This document shows positions 48,475-57,758 of a stretch of 64,000 bases of DNA, piece after piece (position 1 is the first letter of the stretch; the number at the start of each line of letters is the position of its first letter). Below the pieces are notes generated by a model. The model did not search any database and had not been told where the DNA came from. It worked only from the letters and a program-made list of their open reading frames with translations. The stretch lies in assembly GCA_963782525.1 (NCBI GenBank), contig CAWAKC010000004.1, positions 64,001-128,000 on the forward strand, read 5' to 3'. The DNA comes from Candidatus Bathyarchaeota archaeon. Its GTDB lineage: Archaea; Thermoproteota; Bathyarchaeia; Bathyarchaeales; Bathycorpusculaceae. The position numbers and the translations under genes were made by a program.

Positions 48475-49194
48475 ATGTCTAACTCCAATCTTTTTCTTTC
48501 TATTGGCAAACCAATAAAGAATGAATATGGACGAGTAATCGGTAAAGTTGCCTCTTTTGCATTAACTCCCAACGGTAAATTCGATGCGGTTTACATCGAG
48601 TTTGGCGACGGGCAATTTTCAAAACAGCCCATGGAAAGTTTACGGTTTAATGGCGCTGAAATCACATATATCTCAAAAATCAAAACTCAAGCAGGCGTTT
48701 TATGCGACCACATTCCCTTGATCTGGCGTAAAGATGAAGCCCTAAAGGACCTTTTGGAAAAGAAGAAGATTACTCCAGAAGTCAGCCAGGACCTGCACAA
48801 CAGCTTTACCAGCGTACTAACACAACTCAAAAAAGACGCCCAAATCATCATCGACGAATCTACCATCGAAATCGAGCGTTGCTCAGAAGAAATAACATCG
48901 CTAAGCTATGCCATTGCAAACCTTGAAATTGAACATGAAATCGGAAAAGTTGACGATGAAAACTACCGCATGGCATTCTCTCTACTGCAAGACACTCTCA
49001 GACGTGCTACTACAGAAAAAACCGACTTCGAACTCACAAAGAGCAAACTCTCCGGTGTATTGTTAGGTGACCAATCGCAGACTGCACAAAAAATCAACAA
49101 AGTCTACGCTGAACAAGTAACCAACGCCGCATCAAAGCTACCAGAGCCCCCAGTGGTTGTATACGTTAAAGAAATTGGAAAAGCTGGACTTTAA
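48475..49194 (+). CDS. cdvA: CdvA-like cell division protein
   Basis: PRC-barrel-like start (IGKPIKNEYGRVIG), coiled coil, C-terminal PVVVYV strand; located between ESCRT-III genes. Confidence 0.82.
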   Translation: MSNSNLFLSIGKPIKNEYGRVIGKVASFALTPNGKFDAVYIEFGDGQFSKQPMESLRFNGAEITYISKIKTQAGVLCDHIPLIWRKDEALKDLLEKKKITPEVSQDLHNSFTSVLTQLKKDAQIIIDESTIEIERCSEEITSLSYAIANLEIEHEIGKVDDENYRMAFSLLQDTLRRATTEKTDFELTKSKLSGVLLGDQSQTAQKINKVYAEQVTNAASKLPEPPVVVYVKEIGKAGL

Positions 49195-49236
49195 TCAGGC
49201 TTAGAAATTGTAAACGCGGGTGTGGAGGGCTAAAAA

Positions 49237-50142
49237 ATCAAAAGCTTAACTAACCAAACCCCTCCCCCCATCCGTGAAGTTGCCCAAAAATCTATTTATA
49301 CATTAAAAATCCAGCAGGGCAAACTTGAGCAGGCCAGTTTCCGCTTAAAAGAGCGAGATCGTATTCTTTTTGAAACTTGCATGTTCGCCTTAAAGAAGAA
49401 CAATAAAGAAAAAGCTGCAATGTGCGCAACTGAGATTGCAGAAGTTCGAAAACTTGTAAAATTCCTTTACAACGTTCAATTAGCCATTGAACGAGTAGTT
49501 CTGCGCCTTGAAACCATAAAGGAACTCGGCGATGTCGTTGCCGACCTTAAACCAGCGTTGAAGTTGCTACAAGGGGTTTCACAAGAACTGTTCCAGGTGT
49601 TGCCTGACGTTAGCTCAGAACTAAATACTGTTAATCAAACGATCCAGGATACACTTCACGCCACCAAACTTACCGGCGACGAAACAGTCATCCCAGTCGG
49701 CAAGAAAACGGAGGCGGGTGAAGAAATCCTTAAAGAAGTCTCCTGTTTCATGGAGCAAAAACTCTCCGAAACTCTTCCAGAGCCGCCAACAGCACCTCCT
49801 GTGAAAGAGAAAATGCCAGTCAGAGAGCTTGTTGCTTTGACAGCAAGTTCCTCTCAGGTGTTTGCTCGTAAAACTGTGGAAGAGACAGGTTTTGACCCGG
49901 AAAAGACACTTTTGACCTACAAGAAATCTGAGATTAAAGAATTCTCACTGAAGGTTGAAAAGGCAGTTGAGAAACCCAGCCTAGAAGACGTATTAATGGA
50001 GTATGTTCGTAAAACTAACGGCGAAATCGATTTAAGCAGATGCAGCAATGAACTGCAGACTTCTAACGAGGAAATTGAGCGTGCCCTCGAAAACTTAGGA
50101 ACAAAAGGCAAAATAAAGATTGAGTTACGTTCACCAGAATAA
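49237..50142 (+). CDS. cdvB: ESCRT-III CdvB with C-terminal winged helix; probable non-canonical ATC start
   Basis: The Snf7-like frame is open from 49234; LPEPP; wH tail (YVRKTNGEIDL...LENLGTKGKI). Confidence 0.85.
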   Translation: MKSLTNQTPPPIREVAQKSIYTLKIQQGKLEQASFRLKERDRILFETCMFALKKNNKEKAAMCATEIAEVRKLVKFLYNVQLAIERVVLRLETIKELGDVVADLKPALKLLQGVSQELFQVLPDVSSELNTVNQTIQDTLHATKLTGDETVIPVGKKTEAGEEILKEVSCFMEQKLSETLPEPPTAPPVKEKMPVRELVALTASSSQVFARKTVEETGFDPEKTLLTYKKSEIKEFSLKVEKAVEKPSLEDVLMEYVRKTNGEIDLSRCSNELQTSNEEIERALENLGTKGKIKIELRSPE

Positions 50143-50163
50143 AGAGAGAAGGAGATAAAATAA

Positions 50164-51354
50164 ATGAGCGCATCGAATGAACTTGAAAAAGGAGCAACAG
50201 CTTACGCCCTAGATGCTGTACGCCTAGATAAGCAAGGGCAAAAAGGAAGAGCCATTACCCTCTATCAAAAAGCAATCGAAAGCCTACTGCAGCTTGTGCA
50301 GTTGTATCCCGAGTACGGCTTAAACAAGGTTTACGTGCAGCGGGCAATTGCATACCAAGAGCGAATCAAAGCTCTGCAAGGGACTGTTTCGTCTTCCGAG
50401 ATGAATCAAGCAGCTAATGATGATGCTGAAAGTGGAGGTGGAGGAGCTACGATGGAGGGAAATGGAAATGGCGCAGGCGGAAAACCAAATGAGGAATTGG
50501 TTATGACTGAGAAACCTAAAGTTAATTGGGGCGAAGTTGTAGGGTTGGATACTGCAAAAAAAGCAGTGAAAGAAGCCATCGTTTACCCAGTTCAGCGCCC
50601 GGATCTGTTTCCGCTTGGTTGGCCACGCGGCATACTGTTGTTCGGTCCACCTGGTTGCGGCAAAACTTTGCTGGCGGCGGCGGTTGCAACGGAAATTGAC
50701 GCAAACTTCTACAGCATCGACGCAGCTTCGATTATGTCCAAGTGGCTTGGTGAAGCTGAACAGAACGTTGCAAAACTATTCGGATCCGCACGCAAATCCG
50801 CAACAGAAGGCAAACCTGCAATCGTGTTCGTCGACGAGTTAGATTCACTCATGGGCAACCACAGCAACGAGGTTGGCGGCGAAATCCGAGTAAAAAACCA
50901 GTTTCTAAAAGAGATGGATGGCATCGTGGACAAGGGAAAGGCTCTTCATGTTTACGTCATCGGCGCAACCAACAAGCCCTGGGATTTGGATTGGGCGTTT
51001 ATCAGGCGGTTCCAGAAACGTATTTTGGTGCCGCTTGCAGACCATGCGACAAGGCTGAATATGTTGAAGCTGTATTCGAGTAACTTGCAAATCGCTAACG
51101 ACGTAGATTTAGTAGAGTTAGCCCGTTTAGCTGAAGGGTTCTCGGGAAGCGACATACGCGATGTCTGCCAATCTGCACAGCTTAGTTTAATCGGCGAATT
51201 CTTTGAATCCGGCAAAGCAATGGACAGAGAAGCCAAACCCCGCGCATTAACCATGGCTGATTTCCAACAGATCTTCGAAGAACGCAAACCCTCAGTATCT
51301 CTAGATATGCTGTCACAATACAACCGCTGGTTCGAAGCATTCAAAGCATTGTAG
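50164..51354 (+). CDS. cdvC: Vps4/CdvC AAA+ ATPase with MIT domain
   Basis: N-terminal MIT (AVRLDKQG...AITLYQKAIE), GPPGCGKT, SKWLGE, FVDELD, ATNKPWDLD, RRFQKR. Confidence 0.93.
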   Translation: MSASNELEKGATAYALDAVRLDKQGQKGRAITLYQKAIESLLQLVQLYPEYGLNKVYVQRAIAYQERIKALQGTVSSSEMNQAANDDAESGGGGATMEGNGNGAGGKPNEELVMTEKPKVNWGEVVGLDTAKKAVKEAIVYPVQRPDLFPLGWPRGILLFGPPGCGKTLLAAAVATEIDANFYSIDAASIMSKWLGEAEQNVAKLFGSARKSATEGKPAIVFVDELDSLMGNHSNEVGGEIRVKNQFLKEMDGIVDKGKALHVYVIGATNKPWDLDWAFIRRFQKRILVPLADHATRLNMLKLYSSNLQIANDVDLVELARLAEGFSGSDIRDVCQSAQLSLIGEFFESGKAMDREAKPRALTMADFQQIFEERKPSVSLDMLSQYNRWFEAFKAL

Positions 51355-51543
51355 GAGGAAAAAAGAAAACCGCTTTGGCTGGGCAATGTGGAAAGGCTTG
51401 GAGAACATTAATTTTTAGCACGCTCTCCCTTCTCCCCCCTCAAACAATATCTCCAAACCCCACAAAACCACCCATCCCAAAAAAAACGGTAACCTCCGCT
51501 ACTTCTGTTTTTTTAACACCTAAAACTGAATTTTCAAAAAACT

Positions 51544-52005
51544 CTAATCTTTTTCATTTTTTTCTGAATTAAAAGGCAAGATTGTGATGGTGTTTACAAA
51601 TCCGATTTTTTCGCCGTTTTCATCTCTTATGAATTCTGTAATAACTCCCACTTGGACCTCTTCGCCGTTTTTTCTTATTGCTCGGTATTCACTTTTTTGT
51701 CCTTGGTCTGCCATAATCATGTTTAGTGAGTTATTTACTGCGCGTTGTTTGTCTTTTTTTACGGTGAAGCTGAAGACGTTTTTGCCTATGAACTCGGTTT
51801 TTTCGGTTGTGCCGTACATTTTTAGAATGGATTCGTTTACATCCGTTATGTAGCCATAGAGGTCTCCTACGATGACGCCGTCGCTGGTGTTGTTTAAAGC
51901 GTCTTGGTAGAATTCGGATTCCATGGTGATTTGGGTGCGTTTGGCGTCTTGGTTCTTGAATTTTTCTGCTAACGCATGACTGCTGCTTGCTTGTTTTTTA
52001 GTCAT
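51544..52005 (-). CDS. Stand-alone PAS domain protein (start uncertain)
   Basis: DGVIVGDLYGYITDVN...EFIGKN...RKNGE...IRDENGEKIG; no output domain. Confidence 0.78.
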   Translation of the reverse strand: MTKKQASSSHALAEKFKNQDAKRTQITMESEFYQDALNNTSDGVIVGDLYGYITDVNESILKMYGTTEKTEFIGKNVFSFTVKKDKQRAVNNSLNMIMADQGQKSEYRAIRKNGEEVQVGVITEFIRDENGEKIGFVNTITILPFNSEKNEKD

Positions 52006-52215
52006 AACCCTACAATTCGCCATCCTACCCGTCGGTAACTCGTTTTGCATCAAGTTTAGTTTTATAGAATAAAAGATTTGTGTACTTCAAATATTTGATA
52101 AATTTTTAGTTGCATTTTGTTGTTTGGGAAAATAAGGTTGATGGCAATTTGAGGTTTGCTAGTTTATTTATACAGCAAACTGCTATGCCATTATGTTAAC
52201 GCTGGAAGTTGTGGT

Positions 52216-52854
52216 ATGCTCAAAGAGAATTCAGGATTTAAGCCGCGGCCAAGAATTCAGACACTCTCAGACTTGATTTTTGGGTTAGCCCTCTCCATAG
52301 GCGCGCTAACATTGATTGGTCAGCAACCTACAAATTTTCAGTCGGTTGTTGCTTCTTTGCTGTTTTACAGTTTTAGCTTTTTGGTTTTAGTCAGCGTTTG
52401 GCGCTCCTACTCCACCATCCTATCAGTTCTTCCAGTCGAAACGGGGCTGTTAGTAAACCTCAACATTTTGCTCCTCTTCACGGTATCAATAGAACCCTAC
52501 TTATTCAACCAACTTTTCATCATTAGCGGCGACTTTTGGAACAATATATCCATCCTTTACGGAGCTGATTTGGCGGTGATGTTTCTAATTTTAGCGTTCT
52601 TCAGTCATTCACTGAGCAAAGAAGAAAAAAACTGGGCGTCAAAAAAGTACATCAAACGGTTCCGTTTGGACCGAAATTACGACCTTTTAACTGCAACAAT
52701 TTTCATAGTTTCTACGTTGCCTGTTTTTGAAGTTAATTCCTTCCAAATAGCTGGATATGGTATTCCGTTGCGTGTAGTAATCTGGATTGGTGCTTTGATT
52801 TTTGGTTTTACAAGGCGCCTTGTTTATCAGCTTCAAAAAGAGACTGATGGCTGA
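52216..52854 (+). CDS. TMEM175-family K+ channel-like protein
   Basis: RIQTLSDLIFGLALSI resembles the RxxxFSD TM1 motif; LNILLLF; about 6 TM segments. Confidence 0.75.
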   Translation: MLKENSGFKPRPRIQTLSDLIFGLALSIGALTLIGQQPTNFQSVVASLLFYSFSFLVLVSVWRSYSTILSVLPVETGLLVNLNILLLFTVSIEPYLFNQLFIISGDFWNNISILYGADLAVMFLILAFFSHSLSKEEKNWASKKYIKRFRLDRNYDLLTATIFIVSTLPVFEVNSFQIAGYGIPLRVVIWIGALIFGFTRRLVYQLQKETDG

Positions 52855-52855
52855 T

Positions 52856-53140
52856 CTACTTGGTTTTGATGGTGTAATCTGCTTCGAAGCTTCGCAGCGA
52901 AACCTCGTGGGTTTTGCCTGTCTTCAACTCGAATTTGCCGTTTAACATTTTAAACTGGTCAGCGACCCCCTCGACATATTCAAAGACTCCGCAGCCATAA
53001 CAGAATCCAACGGTAAACTGTACAACAAGTAATGTGGCAGCGAGGGTTACAAGTTTGGCTGTTGCGTTGGGGCTGTGAGTGCGGTTGTAGAGCGCAATTG
53101 TCCTCTGAACAAGTGTTTCCAAATCTGAATCGGGCAGCAT
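52856..53140 (-). CDS. Small hypothetical protein with an FCxxCG motif
   Basis: YNRTHSP...FCYGCGVFEY; translationally coupled to pyrK. Confidence 0.7.
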   Translation of the reverse strand: MLPDSDLETLVQRTIALYNRTHSPNATAKLVTLAATLLVVQFTVGFCYGCGVFEYVEGVADQFKMLNGKFELKTGKTHEVSLRSFEADYTIKTK

Positions 53141-53958
53141 TAGATCGGTATCAGCGACCCATCAAAGCCTAACTTGGATATTCCCAGCTCTTCTTGGACT
53201 TCCCGTAGTTGTGCAGCGTTGAAGACTGGTCCATCTCGGCAGACACGGTACTTGCCTATCATGCAGCTTCCGCACAAGCCGATACCGCAGCGCATGAGCC
53301 TTTCAAGGCTAGCTTCGATGGGCAGTTTGCGTTTCTCTGTCATTTCAAAGATTTTTTTAACCATAACTTCGGGTCCACAGGTGTAAATCATGTCAAAGCG
53401 TTCTTTGTCAAGTAGCTCCCCAAGTGGCTGCGTAACTAGACACTGTAGTCCTGCGGTGCCGTCTTCAGTGGTGGTTATAAGGCTTTTCTCTTGGCAGACT
53501 CCGCGAAGCTCCCGTACGAAGAGGAGTTCTTCCTTGGTTTTTGCGCCTTCTACAAATGAGAGTCGCTCCGTTTTAGTTGAGAGCTGTTTTGCAAGGAAAA
53601 GTAGTGGTGCAGTGCCTGTTCCACCGCCGACCAAAAGCACTCTACCCCGGCTCTCTGTGAAGCAGTTACCGAAAGGGCCTCGCACTCCAACAGTTGCGCC
53701 TGCTTCTAAATTATGCAGGTGCCGTGTGGCATCGCCGACAGCTTTAACCGAAACAGAAACCAAATTGTCGCCTGCGTCCAAGATGCTGAGCGGGATCTCG
53801 TCTATGCCTGGAATCCAAAGCATCAAGAACTGCCCAGGCTTTGCTTTGCTGCAGAGGCGGTCGGTAAACGTGAGAGTCTTCACTGTTGGACTCTCAGTTT
53901 GAACCCGAACAATCTGTGTTGTCCGCAGAGAATTATTTGCGGTGAGCGAGACCGACAA
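53140..53958 (-). CDS. pyrK: Dihydroorotate dehydrogenase electron transfer subunit
   Basis: PGQFLMLW, RGPFG, GGGTGTAP, CGPE, CGIGLCGSC...C. Confidence 0.93.
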   Translation of the reverse strand: MSVSLTANNSLRTTQIVRVQTESPTVKTLTFTDRLCSKAKPGQFLMLWIPGIDEIPLSILDAGDNLVSVSVKAVGDATRHLHNLEAGATVGVRGPFGNCFTESRGRVLLVGGGTGTAPLLFLAKQLSTKTERLSFVEGAKTKEELLFVRELRGVCQEKSLITTTEDGTAGLQCLVTQPLGELLDKERFDMIYTCGPEVMVKKIFEMTEKRKLPIEASLERLMRCGIGLCGSCMIGKYRVCRDGPVFNAAQLREVQEELGISKLGFDGSLIPI

Positions 53959-54850
53959 TGTCTTTTACACTCCCATAATTTTTCTTTCGCAAGTACGTTT
54001 CTACTCCTTTAGTTACTGCTTGAAAAACATCCGTGTTATCGGCTACAGCCGTGCCAATTTGCACAGCCGATGCGCCTGCTAACAAAAACTCTACGGCATC
54101 CCGCCAATCGGAAACGCCGCCGCAGCCAATGATTGGTACCTCAAACTGTTCAGCGATGTCATAGACACACCGCAACGCAACAGGTTTAACGGCTGCACCA
54201 GACAACCCACCTCGTACATTGCTTAAAATCGGCTGCATGGTTTCAGCGTCGATTGCCATGGCTTTAAGAGTGTTCACCGCCGTCAATGCGTCTGCTCCTG
54301 CCTCAACCGCCGCTTGAGCGAGCACGGTTATGTCTGCAACGTTGGGCGAGAGCTTCACAATCAACGGCTTATTGATGGATGCCTTGACCAGTTGCACGAC
54401 TTCTTTGAGGAACTTGGGGCTTTGACCGATTTCAGCGCCCGTCTGCTTAACATGTGGGCAGGAAACGTTAAGCTCAATTGCATCCGCGCCTGCTTCAGCA
54501 GCTTTTTTGGCAACCCTCGCGTATTCTTCAGCAGAATAACCAAACACGCTAACGATTATTGGAACCCGCAGTAATCTCTTAGAAAACTTTATTTCTTCAG
54601 CGTATATATCGATCCCCGGATTTGGTAAACCCATCGCATTAATCAAACCTGCTTCTGCCTGAACAATCGTGGGATTAGAATAACCCGGTCGGGCTTCGAT
54701 TCCGATTGATTTTGTAACGACCGCGCCAGCGCCGCCCTTAACCACGCGACTGAGGGATTCAGAAGAATAGCCCAAAATTCCCGAAGCAAGAATCGTCGGG
54801 TTCGCCAGTTCTAAACCAGCAAAGCCTATGCTTAACGGATTGCTATCCAA
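53933..54850 (-). CDS. pyrD: Dihydroorotate dehydrogenase, family 1B
   Basis: NAMGLPNPG, ELNVSCPH, VKLSPN, GGLSG. Confidence 0.95.
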   Translation of the reverse strand: MDSNPLSIGFAGLELANPTILASGILGYSSESLSRVVKGGAGAVVTKSIGIEARPGYSNPTIVQAEAGLINAMGLPNPGIDIYAEEIKFSKRLLRVPIIVSVFGYSAEEYARVAKKAAEAGADAIELNVSCPHVKQTGAEIGQSPKFLKEVVQLVKASINKPLIVKLSPNVADITVLAQAAVEAGADALTAVNTLKAMAIDAETMQPILSNVRGGLSGAAVKPVALRCVYDIAEQFEVPIIGCGGVSDWRDAVEFLLAGASAVQIGTAVADNTDVFQAVTKGVETYLRKKNYGSVKDIVGLAHRK

Positions 54851-55033
54851 ATAAATTCACCGTACAATCTAGGTTAATACTTTTAATAAGATAAAGCTTC
54901 TTTTCGTTGGTTTTGCAGCTAAAATTTGGGTGGAATAAAATCTTCTTTATGTCTAAGTGGCTGATCAAAAATAAAAAATACTGATTATTACAGGAAAAAG
55001 AAAAGTGAGGGTTTAACCCGACTTTAAAGCGGT

Positions 55034-55084
55034 TTATTTCTTCTTTTTGGCTTTTTTATCGTCTTTTTTTGGAGCTTTCGCCAC
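55034..55084 (-). CDS. 16-aa Lys-rich peptide MAKAPKKDDKKAKKKK (absent from the ORF track)
   Basis: GAGGT SD 7 nt before the GTG, TATA-like TTTAAATATA upstream, T-tract downstream on the same strand. Confidence 0.55.
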   Translation of the reverse strand: MAKAPKKDDKKAKKKK

Positions 55085-55378
55085 GTTAATAACCTCAAAG
55101 TTACTATTGGCTTCAATTTATATTTAAAATTTGCTAACAGCTATAGCTGCTGCCCCGTCTATTAAAAAGACTTGGAAATAGGCGCTATACTCTAAATAAG
55201 CCTTAAAAACAGCTGAATAAAAAGGGCTTTTTAACATGCCTCTATGGCTGTGCGGTTTAGACATTTATCTGTTAAAGGCAAAGGCTTGTTCTGTATGGGG
55301 CGTTTTTTGCGGAAACTCTTTTATAGCAGTCCGATGTAAAAAATTACACAGCAATGCAAAAAATTCCAGGGTGCTAAC

Positions 55379-56206
55379 ATGTTTAACCCAGTCCAAAGAA
55401 GCCAAAGAACCAAACAAATCGCCCTACTGACAATATTCACAGCACTATACATCGTTCTAAGATTCATCCCCTACAGCATGCTCATAGGCGGAGCAGGCGG
55501 ATACCTCTCGTTTTCCGACTTCCTCGCACCAATAATAGGTATCCTTTTAGGACCGTACTTCGGTGGCTTGGCCGTACTGCTCGGTAATTTTGGAGCACTT
55601 GGTTTTGGAAGAGCACCCGTATTTGGAGCAATACCGTTCTTAGATTTCCTACCTGACTTTGTCGCCGCTGTTTCAGTGGGCTTCCTTGTGCAACGAAAAT
55701 GGTGGCCAGTAGTTGCATTAAACGCAGGTTTGTTAGCGCTGTTCTTTATTGACCCCTTGACAAGCATATTTGTCACCATACCGGGAACAGCAATCTCAAT
55801 TCCGTTCGCTTGGCTACACATAGCTGCATTCATAGTGTTGCTTTCACCCCTTGGACGATGGTCGGGAAAATGGGTTGCGACAGAAATGAAAGCTAAACTT
55901 GTTACTGCAGGAATGGTGATTTTGGCTTTCATTGGAACGATGATGCAGCATCTTACGGGAAACTTGCTGTTTGAAGTATCATTCGGACAAATAGGTAACC
56001 CACCCATAATTCCAACGGCCGCGTGGCCAGCAGAATGGACTGGTGTACTAATTGCGTACCCAGTTGAGCGAACTATACTGATTGTTTGCGCCGCACTAGT
56101 TGGGGTCCCGCTGATTTGGGCAATCAGGAAAAACCATTTCTTACAAATTGGAAAACAAGAGAAACCTAAAACAACTTCAACACAGCAACCAGCTACTACT
56201 TCTTAA
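55379..56206 (+). CDS. ECF transporter S-component-like membrane protein
   Basis: IALLTIFTALYIVL...APIIGILLGPYFG pattern, multiple TM segments. Confidence 0.65.
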   Translation: MFNPVQRSQRTKQIALLTIFTALYIVLRFIPYSMLIGGAGGYLSFSDFLAPIIGILLGPYFGGLAVLLGNFGALGFGRAPVFGAIPFLDFLPDFVAAVSVGFLVQRKWWPVVALNAGLLALFFIDPLTSIFVTIPGTAISIPFAWLHIAAFIVLLSPLGRWSGKWVATEMKAKLVTAGMVILAFIGTMMQHLTGNLLFEVSFGQIGNPPIIPTAAWPAEWTGVLIAYPVERTILIVCAALVGVPLIWAIRKNHFLQIGKQEKPKTTSTQQPATTS

Positions 56207-57758
56207 ACAAAGAAGTATCTTGGACATACTCTTTTCCTGTCTGGAGTGCGATTTCTGCTTTAGAAAGTTCACTTCCCAAGTAAGAGGCGTGGTCCAACTG
56301 CGACACCAAACCAGCTTTCACTATTTCTGAGTAAATGCTTTTAGCGGTTTTTCCCTTTATAATATTTACAGGCTTAGTCATGTCAATCGAGGTATAGTGG
56401 ATTGCAACCAAAACGCTTTGGGTGTGGTCTATGGATATTTTGAACATGCCCTCAGAATCCAAAACCACTGTTTCGGTTCCCTCGGATGCATTTGCAACTT
56501 TAACATTGGCTTCGAGTTTTTTGTCGTAGGGTTCTTCATGCACACGTTTGTCTTTTAGGATTAAAAGGTCGATACCAAGGTCTTTTGGAACTGAACCGCG
56601 TTTTTTAGCGAGAAACATCATTTTGGCGGCTGTAACTTCTTCGGCGACGGTCCCTTTTGCTTTGGCGCTTTTCTCTGTTGCTAATAGTATGCTGGCATCA
56701 ACTTCGGACGATATTCTGGCAAGAATGGCGTTGAGTCCTACGGAGTCTGCGTCGAAAAGTTCAGTAACGTTTGAAACCCCAACAAAAAGCGGAACAGCTG
56801 GGTTTCTGGCTGCGAATTCTTTGAATGCGATGAAGGCTTCTAAAATGTCGGAAGGCTCCAAAATTAAATCTGCTATACATCGTTTTAGGCCTAGTTTGTT
56901 TGCTTTTTGGATTATTTCTTCGAGGTATTTGACGCGTTCTTGGGCTTTTTTGGGGAAGTAGCCTTGGCGCTGATTAGTTGGGATAACAACAACCGTTGCT
57001 TTGGAGACGAAGGGGGCTATTTCTTCGATGTTTCCAGCATCGACGCTGAGTATAAGTTCTGCTCCTGCCTCAACCGCCGCTTTGATTTCGGCTGGATCGA
57101 GCGTATCTATGCTCACTGGAACATCGACAACCTGCTTAACCCATTCGACGATGCGTTTGGCTTTTTCGGGTTGGGATTCGCCTGCGATCATGCCGACATC
57201 GATTATGTCTGCGCCTGCCATGACGAAGTGTTTTGCGGTCTGCTGAACTGTTTCCTTGTCCATTAAGGCAGCGTCGACGATTTCGGCGAGGACTCGCATG
57301 GGAAAGTCTTTGCCAACCGCCAAGTTCCCAACCAGCATACTTCCTGGTTTCTTTAGCAACTCTTCACGGTTAGCTTCAGTCTTCTCTATTTCCTGCTTAG
57401 CTTTTTGGGCAAGTTTTTCGCGGAGCAAATCGTCGGCTGAAATGATTGTGGAAAGTTGGATTTCGCAGAGTGAATCCAGAACTGTCGGCAAATCTGCGGC
57501 GTACCTTGGACCCTTAAACGTTGGAAAGCCAGTAGCTTTCGAGATTACGGTGGTGTCTCCTCTGACTAGCCCGGGAACTAAAATCATTTTAAAATTCGGC
57601 AGTTTCTTGGCTTTGAGTTCATTGGCGATGGTTTGAGGCGTGAGCAATGCGGCAACTGCCATCTTAAGCGCCAACGTTTCAGTTTCCACATAGCTTTCCT
57701 TGGCATACCGCTTAACTGTCTCTTCGGCAAGCGCGCCTGTAATCAGCAATACTTTCAC
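56196..57758 (-). CDS. Dihydropteroate synthase-like protein (MJ0107 type) with DUF4346-like C-terminus
   Basis: GADIIDVG, VSIDT, NVTELFDADSVG, HASYLGSELSKAEIAL...YVQD. Confidence 0.85.
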   Translation of the reverse strand: MKVLLITGALAEETVKRYAKESYVETETLALKMAVAALLTPQTIANELKAKKLPNFKMILVPGLVRGDTTVISKATGFPTFKGPRYAADLPTVLDSLCEIQLSTIISADDLLREKLAQKAKQEIEKTEANREELLKKPGSMLVGNLAVGKDFPMRVLAEIVDAALMDKETVQQTAKHFVMAGADIIDVGMIAGESQPEKAKRIVEWVKQVVDVPVSIDTLDPAEIKAAVEAGAELILSVDAGNIEEIAPFVSKATVVVIPTNQRQGYFPKKAQERVKYLEEIIQKANKLGLKRCIADLILEPSDILEAFIAFKEFAARNPAVPLFVGVSNVTELFDADSVGLNAILARISSEVDASILLATEKSAKAKGTVAEEVTAAKMMFLAKKRGSVPKDLGIDLLILKDKRVHEEPYDKKLEANVKVANASEGTETVVLDSEGMFKISIDHTQSVLVAIHYTSIDMTKPVNIIKGKTAKSIYSEIVKAGLVSQLDHASYLGSELSKAEIALQTGKEYVQDTSLFKK

